A stretch of 64,000 bases of DNA from Bacteroidales bacterium (GTDB lineage Bacteria > Bacteroidota > Bacteroidia > Bacteroidales > UBA7960). The DNA lies in the NCBI GenBank assembly GCA_007134525.1, contig SLKR01000034.1, positions 204 through 64,203 of the forward strand, read 5' to 3'. Under the pieces are notes generated by a model. That model had not been told where the DNA came from and did not search any database. It worked only from the letters and a program-made list of their open reading frames with translations. Position 1 is the first letter of the stretch. Each line of letters opens with the position of its first letter. The position numbers were made by a program, and so were the translations under genes. This document shows, piece after piece, positions 9,207 to 19,195 of the stretch.

Positions 9207-11814
9207 TCTTTTTACGGGCCTCCGACAATGCCCTGTCAAGCCCTGAGGGATCTTTACCACCGGATGTTGCGAAGAAAGGCTGTCCGCCGCCGCCACCACC
9301 GATATGGGACGCCAGCTCCCTGACAAGGTTGCCCGCATGCAGTCCCTTTTCCCTGACCAGCTCTTCGGCTATCATAATCGTAATACCAGCCTTGCCACCG
9401 GTGTGATGGGCAATTACAAGGAAGAGCCTTTCAACTTCTCCCTTAAGCCGGAATGCTATATCCTTTACCGACCCCGGATCCATCTCCAGTTTGCCTGAAA
9501 CAAAATTTATCCCTTCAATATACTCTGCCGAGGCTGCCATCCGCTCTGCCACCTGGCCAAGCTGCATCTGCCGCATGGCGCTGATCTCCTTTTTCATATC
9601 CTCGTTCTGATCTAACAGCTGGCCGAGAGCCTTAAAGCTGTCTTTCGGGTGCTTCAGCATTGCCTTCAGCTTTTCAAGCTCATCAAGGCGTTCCCGGATA
9701 AACTCCTCGGCCGCCCTGCCGGTAACAGCTTCTACCCTTCGTATTCCAGCAGCAATGGCCCCCTCCGAGACTATAGCAAACAGGCCAATCTGTCCGGTAG
9801 CCTGCACATGGGTGCCCCCGCAAAGCTCTGTTGAGAAATCGCTGCCAAATGATACCACCCTCACCTTTTCACCGTACTTCTCTCCGAAAAGCGCTGTGGC
9901 ACCCATCTGACCTGCCTCCTCCATACTCAGGCCGCGATGCTCCTCCATTGAGATGTTCTGTCGTATCTTTTCGTTTACCAGCTGCTCAACAGCCCTTATC
10001 TCTTTGTCTGTCATCTTGCCGAAATGAGAAAAGTCAAAACGCAGCCTGCGGTCATCCACCAGTGACCCCTTCTGCTGTACATGGCTCCCCAGTACGCTTT
10101 TCAGAGCTGAATGCAGAAGATGGGTAGCAGTGTGGTTGTTCTCGGTAAGCCTGCGTTTATTGCTGTCCACAACTGCTTTTACACTGCCGGGCCATTTATC
10201 AGGTATACGGGGCATTACATGTATTGTGAGGTTGTTCTCCTTCAGCGTATCGGTCACCTCATACCGGCGGCCATCCGCCTCAAGCCATCCGCGGTCGCCG
10301 ATCTGGCCCCCGGATTCTGCATAGAAAGGTGTTCTGTCCAGGACCACCTGATAAACCGTCTTGCCGCGGCTTCCCGCCTTTCGGTATTTAACGGGGGTTA
10401 CATCTGCCTTAAGCTCTTCATACCCTAAAAACCGGGTATCCTCCCCCGTGGGGTTGAGTTCTGTCCAGTCGTAAGTATCCGTTTCAGCTGCAGCACGGCT
10501 GCGTGACTTCTGTTCCTGCATACCTTTCTCAAACCCCTTCATATCAACCTCTAGCCCCTTTTCACGGGCCATCAGCATGGTAAGGTCGACCGGGAACCCG
10601 TAAGTGTCAAAGAGCTCAAATGCGAATTTTCCGTCAATCACCTTGTCTTTAAGCGACCCGGCATGCTGTTCAAACTTCTGTATGCCGGTTTCAAGGGTAC
10701 GCAGAAAAGTCTGCTCCTCCTCTGCTATCACCTTGCCGATAAGCTCCTGCTGAGCCTTCAGCCCGGGAAATGCATCCCCCATATGGTCAACAAGCACCGG
10801 CACCAGGCTGCTTACAAAAGGTTCACGGAAGCCAAGAAAGGTGTATCCGTACCTTATGGCCCTTCTCAATATGCGCCTTATCACATAGCCTGCCTTGTTG
10901 TTTGAAGGCAGCTCCCCGTCAGCTATGGCAAAGGACACTGCGCGCAGGTGGTCGGCAATAACCCTCATGGCAATACTGGCATCCCCTCCTTTAGTGTATT
11001 CAATGCCGGAGAGCTGCTCCAGGGTTTTAATATAGGGCAGGAAAACATCTGTATCATAGTTCGAGGTTTTTCCCTGGAGTACCATACACAGCCGCTCCAG
11101 CCCCATTCCGGTGTCAACGTGCTTTGCCGGAAGATTCTTAAGGCTGCCGTCCGACATGCGGCTGAACTCAATGAATACCAGGTTCCATATCTCGATCACA
11201 TGGGGATGATCCCGGTTTACAAGCCTGGCCCCGTCAAGCTTGCGCCGCTCACTATCGCTGCGAATATCTATGTGTATCTCCGAGCACGGGCCGCAGGGGC
11301 CCGTATCTCCCATTTCCCAGAAATTATCCTTTTTGGGCCCGTACAGTATCCTGTCTTCGTCAAGGAAGGGCTTCCAAAGATTATAAGCCTCATTGTCCGC
11401 CCCCAGGCCTTCTTCTGGCGAGCCTTCAAAAACAGTTGCATAGAGGCGGTCCCTGTCTATTTTGTAAACTTCTGTAAGAAGCTCCCAGGCCCATGCTATC
11501 GCCTTATTTTTGAAATAATCCCCGAAACTCCAGTTCCCGAGCATCTCGAACATGGTATGGTGGTAGGTGTCGTGACCAACCTCCTCTAAGTCATTGTGCT
11601 TGCCCGAAACCCGAAGGCACTTCTGGGAGTTTACCACACGCTTGTCGGAGGCTGCTGAATTCCCCAGGAAGATATCCTTGAACTGGTTCATTCCCGCATT
11701 TGTGAACATCAGTGTGGGATCATTCTTAACCACCATGGGGGCAGAGGGATACACACTGTGCCCTTTTTCCTTAAAAAAATCCAGAAAAGTCGCCCGAACC
11801 TGCGAAGCATTCAT
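9193..11814 (-). CDS. alaS: Alanine--tRNA ligase
   Basis: 873 aa. Motifs: MNASQVRATFLDFFKEKGHSVYPSAPMV, FTNAGMNQFKD and the editing-domain HTATHLLHSAL. Confidence 0.97.
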   Translation of the reverse strand: MNASQVRATFLDFFKEKGHSVYPSAPMVVKNDPTLMFTNAGMNQFKDIFLGNSAASDKRVVNSQKCLRVSGKHNDLEEVGHDTYHHTMFEMLGNWSFGDYFKNKAIAWAWELLTEVYKIDRDRLYATVFEGSPEEGLGADNEAYNLWKPFLDEDRILYGPKKDNFWEMGDTGPCGPCSEIHIDIRSDSERRKLDGARLVNRDHPHVIEIWNLVFIEFSRMSDGSLKNLPAKHVDTGMGLERLCMVLQGKTSNYDTDVFLPYIKTLEQLSGIEYTKGGDASIAMRVIADHLRAVSFAIADGELPSNNKAGYVIRRILRRAIRYGYTFLGFREPFVSSLVPVLVDHMGDAFPGLKAQQELIGKVIAEEEQTFLRTLETGIQKFEQHAGSLKDKVIDGKFAFELFDTYGFPVDLTMLMAREKGLEVDMKGFEKGMQEQKSRSRAAAETDTYDWTELNPTGEDTRFLGYEELKADVTPVKYRKAGSRGKTVYQVVLDRTPFYAESGGQIGDRGWLEADGRRYEVTDTLKENNLTIHVMPRIPDKWPGSVKAVVDSNKRRLTENNHTATHLLHSALKSVLGSHVQQKGSLVDDRRLRFDFSHFGKMTDKEIRAVEQLVNEKIRQNISMEEHRGLSMEEAGQMGATALFGEKYGEKVRVVSFGSDFSTELCGGTHVQATGQIGLFAIVSEGAIAAGIRRVEAVTGRAAEEFIRERLDELEKLKAMLKHPKDSFKALGQLLDQNEDMKKEISAMRQMQLGQVAERMAASAEYIEGINFVSGKLEMDPGSVKDIAFRLKGEVERLFLVIAHHTGGKAGITIMIAEELVREKGLHAGNLVRELASHIGGGGGGQPFFATSGGKDPSGLDRALSEARKKISSF

Positions 11815-11877
11815 TATATATAATATTTTTTATTGTTTTTTTTTTATTATTAAGTGGTAAAGTTACATGATTTTAAT

Positions 11878-11885
11878 TAGCTTTG
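11878..11885 (+). promoter_or_regulatory. Candidate Bacteroidota -7 promoter box (TAGCTTTG) for the M23 peptidase gene
   Basis: It matches the TAnnTTTG consensus in the AT-rich divergent intergenic region 11815-11977. Confidence 0.3.
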
Positions 11886-11904
11886 TACCACGGTGTAGTG
11901 ATTG

Positions 11905-11912
11905 CAAAGTTA
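11905..11912 (-). promoter_or_regulatory. Candidate -7 promoter box (TAACTTTG on the minus strand) for alaS
   Basis: The plus-strand CAAAGTTA reads TAACTTTG on the minus strand. It lies about 90 nt upstream of the alaS ATG. Confidence 0.25.
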
Positions 11913-11977
11913 TTGATTTATTTCAAAAGCCTTTTTGAAGAAAATCTTACTGGATTAATATACAGGAAAATCAAAAT

Positions 11978-12946
11978 ATGGGAAATGTGCATTACAGATT
12001 CAATACCAAGTCTCTGGCGGTAGAACGTGTCAAAAGGACTTTCAGAGACAAATTGATGGTATTTGTACGCTACCTTTTAGCCGGCCTGATTTTCTCTGTG
12101 ATAGTTCTGATAATTGGATTTACCTTCTTTGACTCTCCCAAGGAGAGAATGATGCGCAGGGAAATTGATCAGTTCAGGGTACAATACCAGATAATGAACG
12201 ACAGGCTTGCAGTGCTGGAGAATGTCCTGACTGACGTACAGGACAGGGATGACCAGATATACCGTGTGATATTCGAAGCAGAGCCTATTCCAAGAACAAT
12301 TAGGGAAGCGGCCTTTGGAGGTACCGACAGGTACCAGCACCTTGCCGGATACCAGAACAGCGAGCTTATGTCGCGAACATTGCAGCGGATTGATCAGCTT
12401 GCAAGCCAGCTTTACATACAGTCAAAATCGTATGACGAAGTCTTCGAGATGGCCCTGAACAAGGCAGAGATGCTCTCGTCAATACCTGCTATCGTTCCTG
12501 TATCAGAGGGTACAAACCGCCTGATGTCGGGCTACGGTATGAGGATCCACCCTGTTTACAAAACGATGAGGATGCATCACGGAGTTGACTTCACCGCTCC
12601 CGTAGGTACCCCCATATATGCCACAGGCAACGGGGTAGTGATAAGGGCCGAGAGGAACAACCACGGTTACGGCCTTATGGTTGAGATAGACCATGGTTAC
12701 GGTTACATTACCAGGTACGCACATATGAGTGATTTTGAAGTCAGGCGCGGACAGGAGGTAAAAAGGGGTGAAGTAATCGGAAAGGTAGGTAATACCGGTA
12801 CATCCACGGCCCCCCATCTTCACTACGAGGTGCTCCGCAACGACAGGTCGGTCAACCCTGTTCAGTATTTCTATAATGACCTGACACCCGAGGAGTTTGA
12901 GATAATTATTGAACGTGCCTCCAGGGTAAACCAGTCGCTTTCATAA
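11978..12946 (+). CDS. M23 (LytM-type) metallopeptidase with an N-terminal membrane anchor
   Basis: Motifs HHGVDFTAPVGTPIYATGNGVV and GNTGTSTAPHLHYEV. The N-terminal TM helix is LLAGLIFSVIVLIIGFTFF. Confidence 0.9.
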   Translation: MGNVHYRFNTKSLAVERVKRTFRDKLMVFVRYLLAGLIFSVIVLIIGFTFFDSPKERMMRREIDQFRVQYQIMNDRLAVLENVLTDVQDRDDQIYRVIFEAEPIPRTIREAAFGGTDRYQHLAGYQNSELMSRTLQRIDQLASQLYIQSKSYDEVFEMALNKAEMLSSIPAIVPVSEGTNRLMSGYGMRIHPVYKTMRMHHGVDFTAPVGTPIYATGNGVVIRAERNNHGYGLMVEIDHGYGYITRYAHMSDFEVRRGQEVKRGEVIGKVGNTGTSTAPHLHYEVLRNDRSVNPVQYFYNDLTPEEFEIIIERASRVNQSLS

Positions 12947-12991
12947 AATCTGAAACTATTTTCTTATTTTTACCGGTCAAATACCGGTAAG

Positions 12992-13327
12992 ATGAGCAAA
13001 ACAGGCGCACAAACAGGTAAAATCTACTATTCCATAGGGGAAGTGGCCTCGATGTTCGGGGTAAATACTTCCCTTATTCGTTTCTGGGAAAAGGAGTTCG
13101 ATATTATACGCCCCCACAAGAACAAAAAGGGGAACCGGCTATTTACCCAAAAAGACGTCGACAACTTCCACATCATCTACCACCTGGTAAAAGAGAGAGG
13201 ATACACCCTTAAGGGTGCCAGGGAGAAGCTCAGGAAAAACCCTGATGAAACCGCCAGAGACATAGAAATACTCAAGAACATAAAGAACATAAAGGAGTTC
13301 CTTCTGGAACTCAAGTCGAAGCTATAG
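12992..13327 (+). CDS. Small MerR-family transcriptional regulator
   Basis: The sequence YYSIGEVASMFGVNTSLIRFWEKEFDIIRPHKNKKGNRLFTQKDVDNF is a MerR-type HTH. Confidence 0.85.
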   Translation: MSKTGAQTGKIYYSIGEVASMFGVNTSLIRFWEKEFDIIRPHKNKKGNRLFTQKDVDNFHIIYHLVKERGYTLKGAREKLRKNPDETARDIEILKNIKNIKEFLLELKSKL

Positions 13328-13376
13328 TAACGGGGGGCTGCCCCAGGTTAAAACCTCATTTTGAAAAATAAAAAAT

Positions 13377-15311
13377 ATGGTAGCTGCATTAAAGAAGAAA
13401 CTAAATGAGTCTAAAACTGCCAGATGGGTAGTGCTGGTTGTGGCAAGCTTTGCCATGGCCACCAACTATTATTTTTATGACGCCCTGGCACCCCTGGCCG
13501 ACCTTATCCGCATGAACCTTGGGTTCAGTTCAACGGAATACGGGTTCTTTATCTCTGCCTATTCCATACCAAATGTATTCCTTGCCATGGCAGTGCTTGG
13601 CGGGATAATCCTCGACAGGATAGGAATACGGATAACCGGCTTTTCATTCATTTTCCTGATGGCCATCGGAGGTACGATAACCGCCTACGGCGCCTCTGAT
13701 TCATTCCTGAGCGGCGGCTTCGGTTACAGTTTCATGAACTCCTTTCTGACATCCTATTCGCCGGCACTTAAGATGATGTCGCTGGGGTTCTTTGTGTTCG
13801 GACTCGGAGCCGAGACAAGTATTGTGGTTTTGTCGAAGGTGATAGTAAAATGGTTCAAGGGTAAGGAGCTGGCACTTGCACTGGGCCTTAACCTGGCAAT
13901 AGGCCGTCTGGGGGCGGCACTCGCGTTTACGCTTTCGCCCAGGCTCATCTATCCCGAGTGGACCACCGCCATATGGTTCGGGGCAATAGTTTTGTGGCTC
14001 GGCCTTGTGGCATTTTTGTTCTACATGATAATGGACATAAGACTCGACCGCCAGGTGGAGATCGACCTAAAGGACCCGGAAGACGATTTCAGGTGGAAAG
14101 ACCTCAGGGATTTGGTCACCAACCGCTCGGTGATATATATAACAATGCTTTGCGTTACCTTCTATTCGGCTGTGTTCCCCTTCCTGAAGTTCGCGCCCGA
14201 TCTGCTTATGAACAAGTTCTCCATGCCAAGGGCCCTTGCCGGGGATGTGACCTCATACCTTATGTACGGTACCATATTGCTTACCCCTTTGTTCGGCTGG
14301 GTGGCCGACAATAAGGGCAAAAGCGCGACCCTTATGTACCTGGGCTCGGCACTGCTAATAGTAGCACACCTTATGTTCGCAAAAACCTATATAGAACCGC
14401 GCATCCCAATAGTACTGCTTGGCATTGCCTTTTCACTGGTGCCGGCAGCAATGTGGCCCGCGGTGACGAAGATCGTAAGGCAGAGCAAACTTGGTACGGC
14501 ATACGGATTTATGTTCTCAGTGCAGAATATAGGGCTATGGATATTCCCGATACTTATCGGGCTGGTAATAGATTCTTCCAACCCGTTTTACCGTACGGAG
14601 ATATCTGCCGGTGAGTTCACAAATGTGCAGCAGGACGAACTCAGGTATACGGGCAGGTATATCGACCGCAAGGGCGAGCCAAATGCCAATATGGCCATAA
14701 ACATCAACACATCGGTTTTCGACAGCAACATAAGCGGGGATATAATCTGGAGGGAAGTTCATATGGTCGAAACAGATCATGATGGCCGGTTTGAGATAGA
14801 GTTCGGACTGGGGGATGTTATTTCCGATGTGGAATTCGGCCAGCTTCAACCCGGCATAGATTACCATGCCGAGCTGATGGTAAGCAGGCGGCAGCAGGAC
14901 GTCATGCTCTATTCAGGTCCCTTCAGCTCAGATGCTGAGGGCTATTTCAGGGCCGAAGCTGAAACCACACACCAGGAAATGTTTTCCGGAACCCTGAGGG
15001 GAACCCTGAGCCTGTTTGACAACGATTCAGGAAATATGGTATGGCAGGAAAGGGCGAGGTTCTATGTAGAGGACGACGGAAGCTTTGAGATCCTGATGGG
15101 CTACGGACGGCTGGTATATGCAAACCGCACATATTTCGGTCTCGACAGAGGCAGCAGGGAAGCCGAGGTTATAAAGCCGCTGGATTATACCAATGCCATG
15201 CTGGTGTTCTCCCTGCTTGGTTTCGTGGGTCTGATATTCGCCTTCCTGCTCAAGCGCGAAGACAAAACATCAGGCTACGGCCTGGAGCTTCCGAATAAGG
15301 ATATTGATTAA
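13377..15311 (+). CDS. MFS transporter with a ~200-aa hydrophilic insertion before the last TM helix
   Basis: Multiple hydrophobic helices span roughly the first 400 aa, with MFS-like loops such as ILDRIGIR. A soluble segment follows, and then a final helix MLVFSLLGFVGLIFAFLL. Confidence 0.8.
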   Translation: MVAALKKKLNESKTARWVVLVVASFAMATNYYFYDALAPLADLIRMNLGFSSTEYGFFISAYSIPNVFLAMAVLGGIILDRIGIRITGFSFIFLMAIGGTITAYGASDSFLSGGFGYSFMNSFLTSYSPALKMMSLGFFVFGLGAETSIVVLSKVIVKWFKGKELALALGLNLAIGRLGAALAFTLSPRLIYPEWTTAIWFGAIVLWLGLVAFLFYMIMDIRLDRQVEIDLKDPEDDFRWKDLRDLVTNRSVIYITMLCVTFYSAVFPFLKFAPDLLMNKFSMPRALAGDVTSYLMYGTILLTPLFGWVADNKGKSATLMYLGSALLIVAHLMFAKTYIEPRIPIVLLGIAFSLVPAAMWPAVTKIVRQSKLGTAYGFMFSVQNIGLWIFPILIGLVIDSSNPFYRTEISAGEFTNVQQDELRYTGRYIDRKGEPNANMAININTSVFDSNISGDIIWREVHMVETDHDGRFEIEFGLGDVISDVEFGQLQPGIDYHAELMVSRRQQDVMLYSGPFSSDAEGYFRAEAETTHQEMFSGTLRGTLSLFDNDSGNMVWQERARFYVEDDGSFEILMGYGRLVYANRTYFGLDRGSREAEVIKPLDYTNAMLVFSLLGFVGLIFAFLLKREDKTSGYGLELPNKDID

Positions 15312-15316
15312 CCAGC

Positions 15317-16282
15317 ATGATAGTAGTTACAGGAGCAGCAGGCTTTATTGGCAGTTGCCTTGCAGGCGGGCTGAACCAGGCAGGCTTTGATGACCTGGTA
15401 CTGGCGGATGATTTCAGCAGGCAGGAAAAGCAGATGAACCTGGAAGGCAAGCGCTATGCGTGTAAAATTGGCAGGGATGACATTTTTAACTGGTTAAAGG
15501 AGAACCACCGGAGGGTATCATTCATCTTCCACATGGGCGCCAGGACAGATACTGCCGAAAAAGATACTGCAATATTCAACAGGCTTAATCTGAACTACTC
15601 AAAACGCCTCTGGAGGATCTGTTCAGAATATGAACTACCGCTTGTTTACGCATCCTCAGCTGCCACATACGGAAGCGGTGAACTGGGATATAACGACGAC
15701 CACAGGCTTATACCCGGGCTTCAGCCACTTAACCCTTACGGCATCAGCAAGCAGCTTTTCGATATATGGGCGCTGGAACAGGGTCATGCACCCCCTCTAT
15801 GGGCAGGCCTTAAGTTTTTTAACGTTTACGGGCCCAATGAATACCATAAGGACAGGATGGCATCAGCCATAATGCATCTTTATAAACAGATCAGTGAAGG
15901 AGGCGGGGTCAGACTATTCCGCAGCCACCGGGAGGGTATCGAAGACGGGGAGCAGCAAAGGGATTTTGTCTATGTCAGGGATATTATTCAGGTCTGTCTG
16001 TTTTTAATGGAAAAAAGGCCGGAAAGCGGCATTTACAACGTTGGCACAGGCCGGGCCAGGACATTCAGGGATCTTGCCCTGGCAACATTCAGGGCGATGG
16101 GAAGGGAGGCGGTGATCAGTTTTGTTGACACCCCGGAATCCATCCGTGGCAACTACCAGTATTATACCCGGGCAGAAATTTCAAAGCTGCGCTCTGCCGG
16201 TTACAGCAAAGAGTTTTTCAGTCTTGAGGAAGGGGTTTACGACTACGTGAACAACTACCTGAGTAAGTCAAGCTATCTGTGA
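15317..16282 (+). CDS. hldD: ADP-L-glycero-D-manno-heptose 6-epimerase
   Basis: MIVVTGAAGFIGS..., LVYASSAATYG, FFNVYGPNEYHKDRMASAI and QQRDFVYVRD are colinear with E. coli HldD (RfaD). Confidence 0.85.
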   Translation: MIVVTGAAGFIGSCLAGGLNQAGFDDLVLADDFSRQEKQMNLEGKRYACKIGRDDIFNWLKENHRRVSFIFHMGARTDTAEKDTAIFNRLNLNYSKRLWRICSEYELPLVYASSAATYGSGELGYNDDHRLIPGLQPLNPYGISKQLFDIWALEQGHAPPLWAGLKFFNVYGPNEYHKDRMASAIMHLYKQISEGGGVRLFRSHREGIEDGEQQRDFVYVRDIIQVCLFLMEKRPESGIYNVGTGRARTFRDLALATFRAMGREAVISFVDTPESIRGNYQYYTRAEISKLRSAGYSKEFFSLEEGVYDYVNNYLSKSSYL

Positions 16283-16869
16283 TGCCCGTGAGAGATTCCT
16301 TGTTCTGCCACATACTCTTTCAGCTCCGGAAAGAAGGCCCGGAATTCCGATCCGAACTCCTCATAGTTTTGCAATAGCTCATCCACAGCGGTTTCCATTT
16401 TGCTGTCAAAGGGAGTGCGCCTGGCCATGCCCCCGAAATTATGGCTGAGCATTTCGGGATCTGCATAATTGACCAGCCAGTTGTTATCTATCATAAATGG
16501 CAGTATATACCGGGCGCGTTCCGGAAGTATGTCCATGCTGCTGCTGAGTATGCCGTATGCCCTGCCTACGTATTCACCAAGATCATAATCAGAGTACTGT
16601 TGCCAGTTTTTTGCAAGGAAGTGGTCGTAATACATGTCAACCACAACACCCGAATAGAGCCTGTATTTCCCCCTCAGCCTTGCCTTGCTCTGCCTAACAA
16701 CCGGATGTGCGTCGGTATAATCGTCTATTTTCCGGTGCAGCTTAATACCTTCTACTATTCCGGATCTGTATCCGTTTATCTGCCTTCCCTTGACCATATC
16801 GGCAATGAAGTTGCCGATGATGATATCATCGTCATTGCCCGAGAGATATAAGTGCGCCAGAAAATTCAT
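16273..16869 (-). CDS. acpH: Acyl carrier protein phosphodiesterase family protein
   Basis: MNFLAHLYLSGNDDDIIIGNFIADMVKG...HRKIDDYTDAHPVV...DMYYDHFLAKNW matches AcpH. Confidence 0.85.
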   Translation of the reverse strand: MNFLAHLYLSGNDDDIIIGNFIADMVKGRQINGYRSGIVEGIKLHRKIDDYTDAHPVVRQSKARLRGKYRLYSGVVVDMYYDHFLAKNWQQYSDYDLGEYVGRAYGILSSSMDILPERARYILPFMIDNNWLVNYADPEMLSHNFGGMARRTPFDSKMETAVDELLQNYEEFGSEFRAFFPELKEYVAEQGISHGHHR

Positions 16870-16923
16870 ATCAATCCCAGATCATATCGTATTTGCAGAG
16901 TACAATATTACAACAAAGTTTTT

Positions 16924-16931
16924 TAGATTTG
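16924..16931 (+). promoter_or_regulatory. Candidate -7 promoter box (TAGATTTG) for iorAB
   Basis: It matches TAnnTTTG about 40 nt upstream of ATG 16971. Confidence 0.35.
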
Positions 16932-16970
16932 TAGCTTTATGTATTACTTAACAATTATAAAAATATACTC

Positions 16971-18593
16971 ATGCACAAGTTATTACTTCTGGGCGATGAA
17001 GCCATTGCCCAGGCGGGAATAGATGCGGGCATGTCAGGGATATTCGCTTATCCCGGCACGCCCTCCACAGAAATTAACGAGTTCGTTCATGCCTCCGGTG
17101 AGGCAAAGGAAAAGGGTATTGTTGCCAGGTGGTCGGCAAACGAAAAAACAGCCGCCGAAGCAGCACTGGGGATGTCGTATGCAGGGAAGCGCACCATGAC
17201 GTGCATGAAGCATGTCGGGCTGAATGTGGCTGCAGATGTTTTCCTGAATGCATCAATCACGGGCACGGGAGGCGGACTTTTGTTTGTAGTTGCCGACGAC
17301 CCCTCGATGCACTCTTCGCAGAACGAACAGGACTCAAGGGTTTATGGTAAGTTTGCCATGATACCCATACTGGAACCTTCCAACCAGCAGGAGGCATATG
17401 ACATGGTGCACCTGGGCTTTGAAATATCCGAGAAGTTCAGTGTGCCGGTAATGCTGAGGATCACCACCAGGCTGGCCCACTCACGTTCAGGTGTGGTAAG
17501 GAAAGATAGCAGGGAGCAAAATAAGCTGAAACTCCCCTCTGATATGAAACAGTTCATTTTGCTGCCGGCACTTGCCCGCAAAAAGTATCAGAAGCTAATC
17601 GACAACCAGGATGCCTTCCAGAGCCTGTCAGAAAAGTCGGATTACAACACCTATACTCCGGGCAGGGACCACTCAATGGGGGTTGTGGCATGCGGGCTAG
17701 CATACAACTACCTGATGGACAACTATCAGGGAAGGGATGTGCCTTACCCTGTGGTTAAGGTTTCTCAGTATCCCCTGCCCTACAACAACATCAGGAAGCT
17801 TTATGATGAATGTGACAGTATCCTTGTCATTGAGGAGGGTTACCCCGTTGTGGAAGAGATGCTAAGGGGTTTTATCGGTGACGGTAAACAGGTATTGGGA
17901 AGGCTGGACGGCACCCTTCCCAGGACAGGTGAACTTAGCCCGAACATTGTTGGCGCGGCCCTGGGCTTCCCGGAAGGAGAGATAAGAGAAGTGCCCTCTC
18001 TGGTGGCAAAGAGACCACCATCGCTCTGTAAGGGCTGTCCGCATATCGATTCCTTCCTGGGGCTGAACGAGGCCATGGAGGAATATGGGAAAGGAAAGGT
18101 GTTTTCCGACATAGGCTGCTATACACTTGCCGCCCTGCCACCCTATGAGTCTATAAACAGCTGCGTTGACATGGGCGCATCGATAACAATGGCAAAGGGC
18201 GCGGCTGATGCAGGGCTGAAGCCGGCAGTTGCAGTTATCGGTGATTCAACCTTCACCCACTCGGGAATAACCGGTTTGCTTGATGCTGTCAACGACAAAT
18301 CAAACATAACAGTGGTTATACTCGACAATGCCACCACCGGCATGACGGGCGGGCAGCCTTCGGCAGCTCTCGGCAAAATAGAGGGCATATGCAGGGGCGT
18401 AGGCGTTGAAAACGAGCATATAAGGGTTATCAAGCCACTTCCGAAAAGGCACGAAGAGAACACACGGGTATTCAGGGAGGAACTGGCCTACGAAGGGGTA
18501 TCGGTCATCATACCGAGACGGGAGTGCATCCAGACACTCAACAAAAGAATGCGGCAGAAATTCAGTGAGAAAACAAAAAAAGCTGATAAATAA
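16971..18593 (+). CDS. iorA: Indolepyruvate:ferredoxin oxidoreductase, alpha subunit (TPP-dependent)
   Basis: 540 aa. Motifs LLLGDEAIAQAGIDAG...YPGTPSTEI and GDSTFTHSGITGLLDAV. It overlaps iorB by 1 nt (TAATG), which suggests translational coupling. Confidence 0.9.
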   Translation: MHKLLLLGDEAIAQAGIDAGMSGIFAYPGTPSTEINEFVHASGEAKEKGIVARWSANEKTAAEAALGMSYAGKRTMTCMKHVGLNVAADVFLNASITGTGGGLLFVVADDPSMHSSQNEQDSRVYGKFAMIPILEPSNQQEAYDMVHLGFEISEKFSVPVMLRITTRLAHSRSGVVRKDSREQNKLKLPSDMKQFILLPALARKKYQKLIDNQDAFQSLSEKSDYNTYTPGRDHSMGVVACGLAYNYLMDNYQGRDVPYPVVKVSQYPLPYNNIRKLYDECDSILVIEEGYPVVEEMLRGFIGDGKQVLGRLDGTLPRTGELSPNIVGAALGFPEGEIREVPSLVAKRPPSLCKGCPHIDSFLGLNEAMEEYGKGKVFSDIGCYTLAALPPYESINSCVDMGASITMAKGAADAGLKPAVAVIGDSTFTHSGITGLLDAVNDKSNITVVILDNATTGMTGGQPSAALGKIEGICRGVGVENEHIRVIKPLPKRHEENTRVFREELAYEGVSVIIPRRECIQTLNKRMRQKFSEKTKKADK

Positions 18594-19180
18594 TGAAGAA
18601 CGATATAATACTCGCCGGGGTCGGCGGCCAGGGAATCCTTTCAATTGCAGCAATAATAGGTTATGCAGCCGTAGAATCGGGGCTGTACCTGAAACAGGCA
18701 GAGGTACACGGCATGAGCCAGAGGGGAGGCGATGTACAATCGCACCTGAGGCTTTCATCAGAAGAGATCTTCTCCGACCTTATCCCAATGGGTAAGGCAG
18801 ATATGATAATATCGGTAGAGCCCATGGAGTCACTGAGGTACCTGCCTTACCTCAGCCCTGACGGCTGGCTGATAACAAATACGGAAACTTTTATCAATAT
18901 ACCTGACTATCCCGAAAAAGAGGAGGTGATAAAAGAGGTCAGAAAGCTGACCAATCATGTTGCCCTTAATGCCGGCCGGATAGCCCTGGACATAGGAAAC
19001 AAAAAGGCTGCAAATGTCGTTGTACTGGGGGCGGCCTCACCATTTATAGACATACCGTTTGAGAAGCTGGAGAATGCCGTAAGCCGGCTCTTCGGCAAAA
19101 AAGGCAGAGAAGTTGCCGGGCTTAACCTTGAAGCCCTCAGGGCAGGACGCAGAATTGCAAAAAACGATACAGGAAAATAA
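18593..19180 (+). CDS. iorB: Indolepyruvate:ferredoxin oxidoreductase, beta subunit
   Basis: ILAGVGGQGILSIAAIIG...EVHGMSQRGGDV is typical of the 2-oxoacid:ferredoxin oxidoreductase gamma-like domain. Confidence 0.9.
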   Translation: MKNDIILAGVGGQGILSIAAIIGYAAVESGLYLKQAEVHGMSQRGGDVQSHLRLSSEEIFSDLIPMGKADMIISVEPMESLRYLPYLSPDGWLITNTETFINIPDYPEKEEVIKEVRKLTNHVALNAGRIALDIGNKKAANVVVLGAASPFIDIPFEKLENAVSRLFGKKGREVAGLNLEALRAGRRIAKNDTGK

Positions 19181-19195
19181 ATAAAAAAACAGGCT

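Noticed and set aside
10948-11589. A long antisense ORF (213 aa) opposite alaS. Similar shadow ORFs occur at 5132-5791 (219 aa), 30301-30951 (216 aa), 34015-34575, 36110-36721 (203 aa), 43535-44047, 50621-51241 (206 aa), 53930-54625 (231 aa), 60865-61362 and 61616-62239 (207 aa).
   Set aside because: Each lies entirely opposite a strongly supported, motif-rich housekeeping or conserved gene. Their compositions are biased (Pro/Arg/Gly/Cys-rich) and I recognise no motifs in them. Stop-poor antisense frames are expected at this GC content.
16273-16282. Convergent 3'-end overlaps of gene pairs: hldD/acpH 10 nt, addB-like/alaS 14 nt, DUF368/J-domain 23 nt, and aspartate kinase/LysM protein 4 nt
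   Set aside because: Short tail-to-tail overlaps are common in compact bacterial genomes. Nothing suggests antisense regulation beyond the proximity itself.
19181-19195. I looked for riboswitches upstream of gcvP (glycine), aspartate kinase (lysine, 50577-50638), queE (preQ1) and the TonB receptor (cobalamin, 42556-42634).
   Set aside because: The upstream gaps are 15 nt, about 60 nt, 4 nt and 79 nt. All are too short for the respective aptamers, and I saw no conserved aptamer cores.
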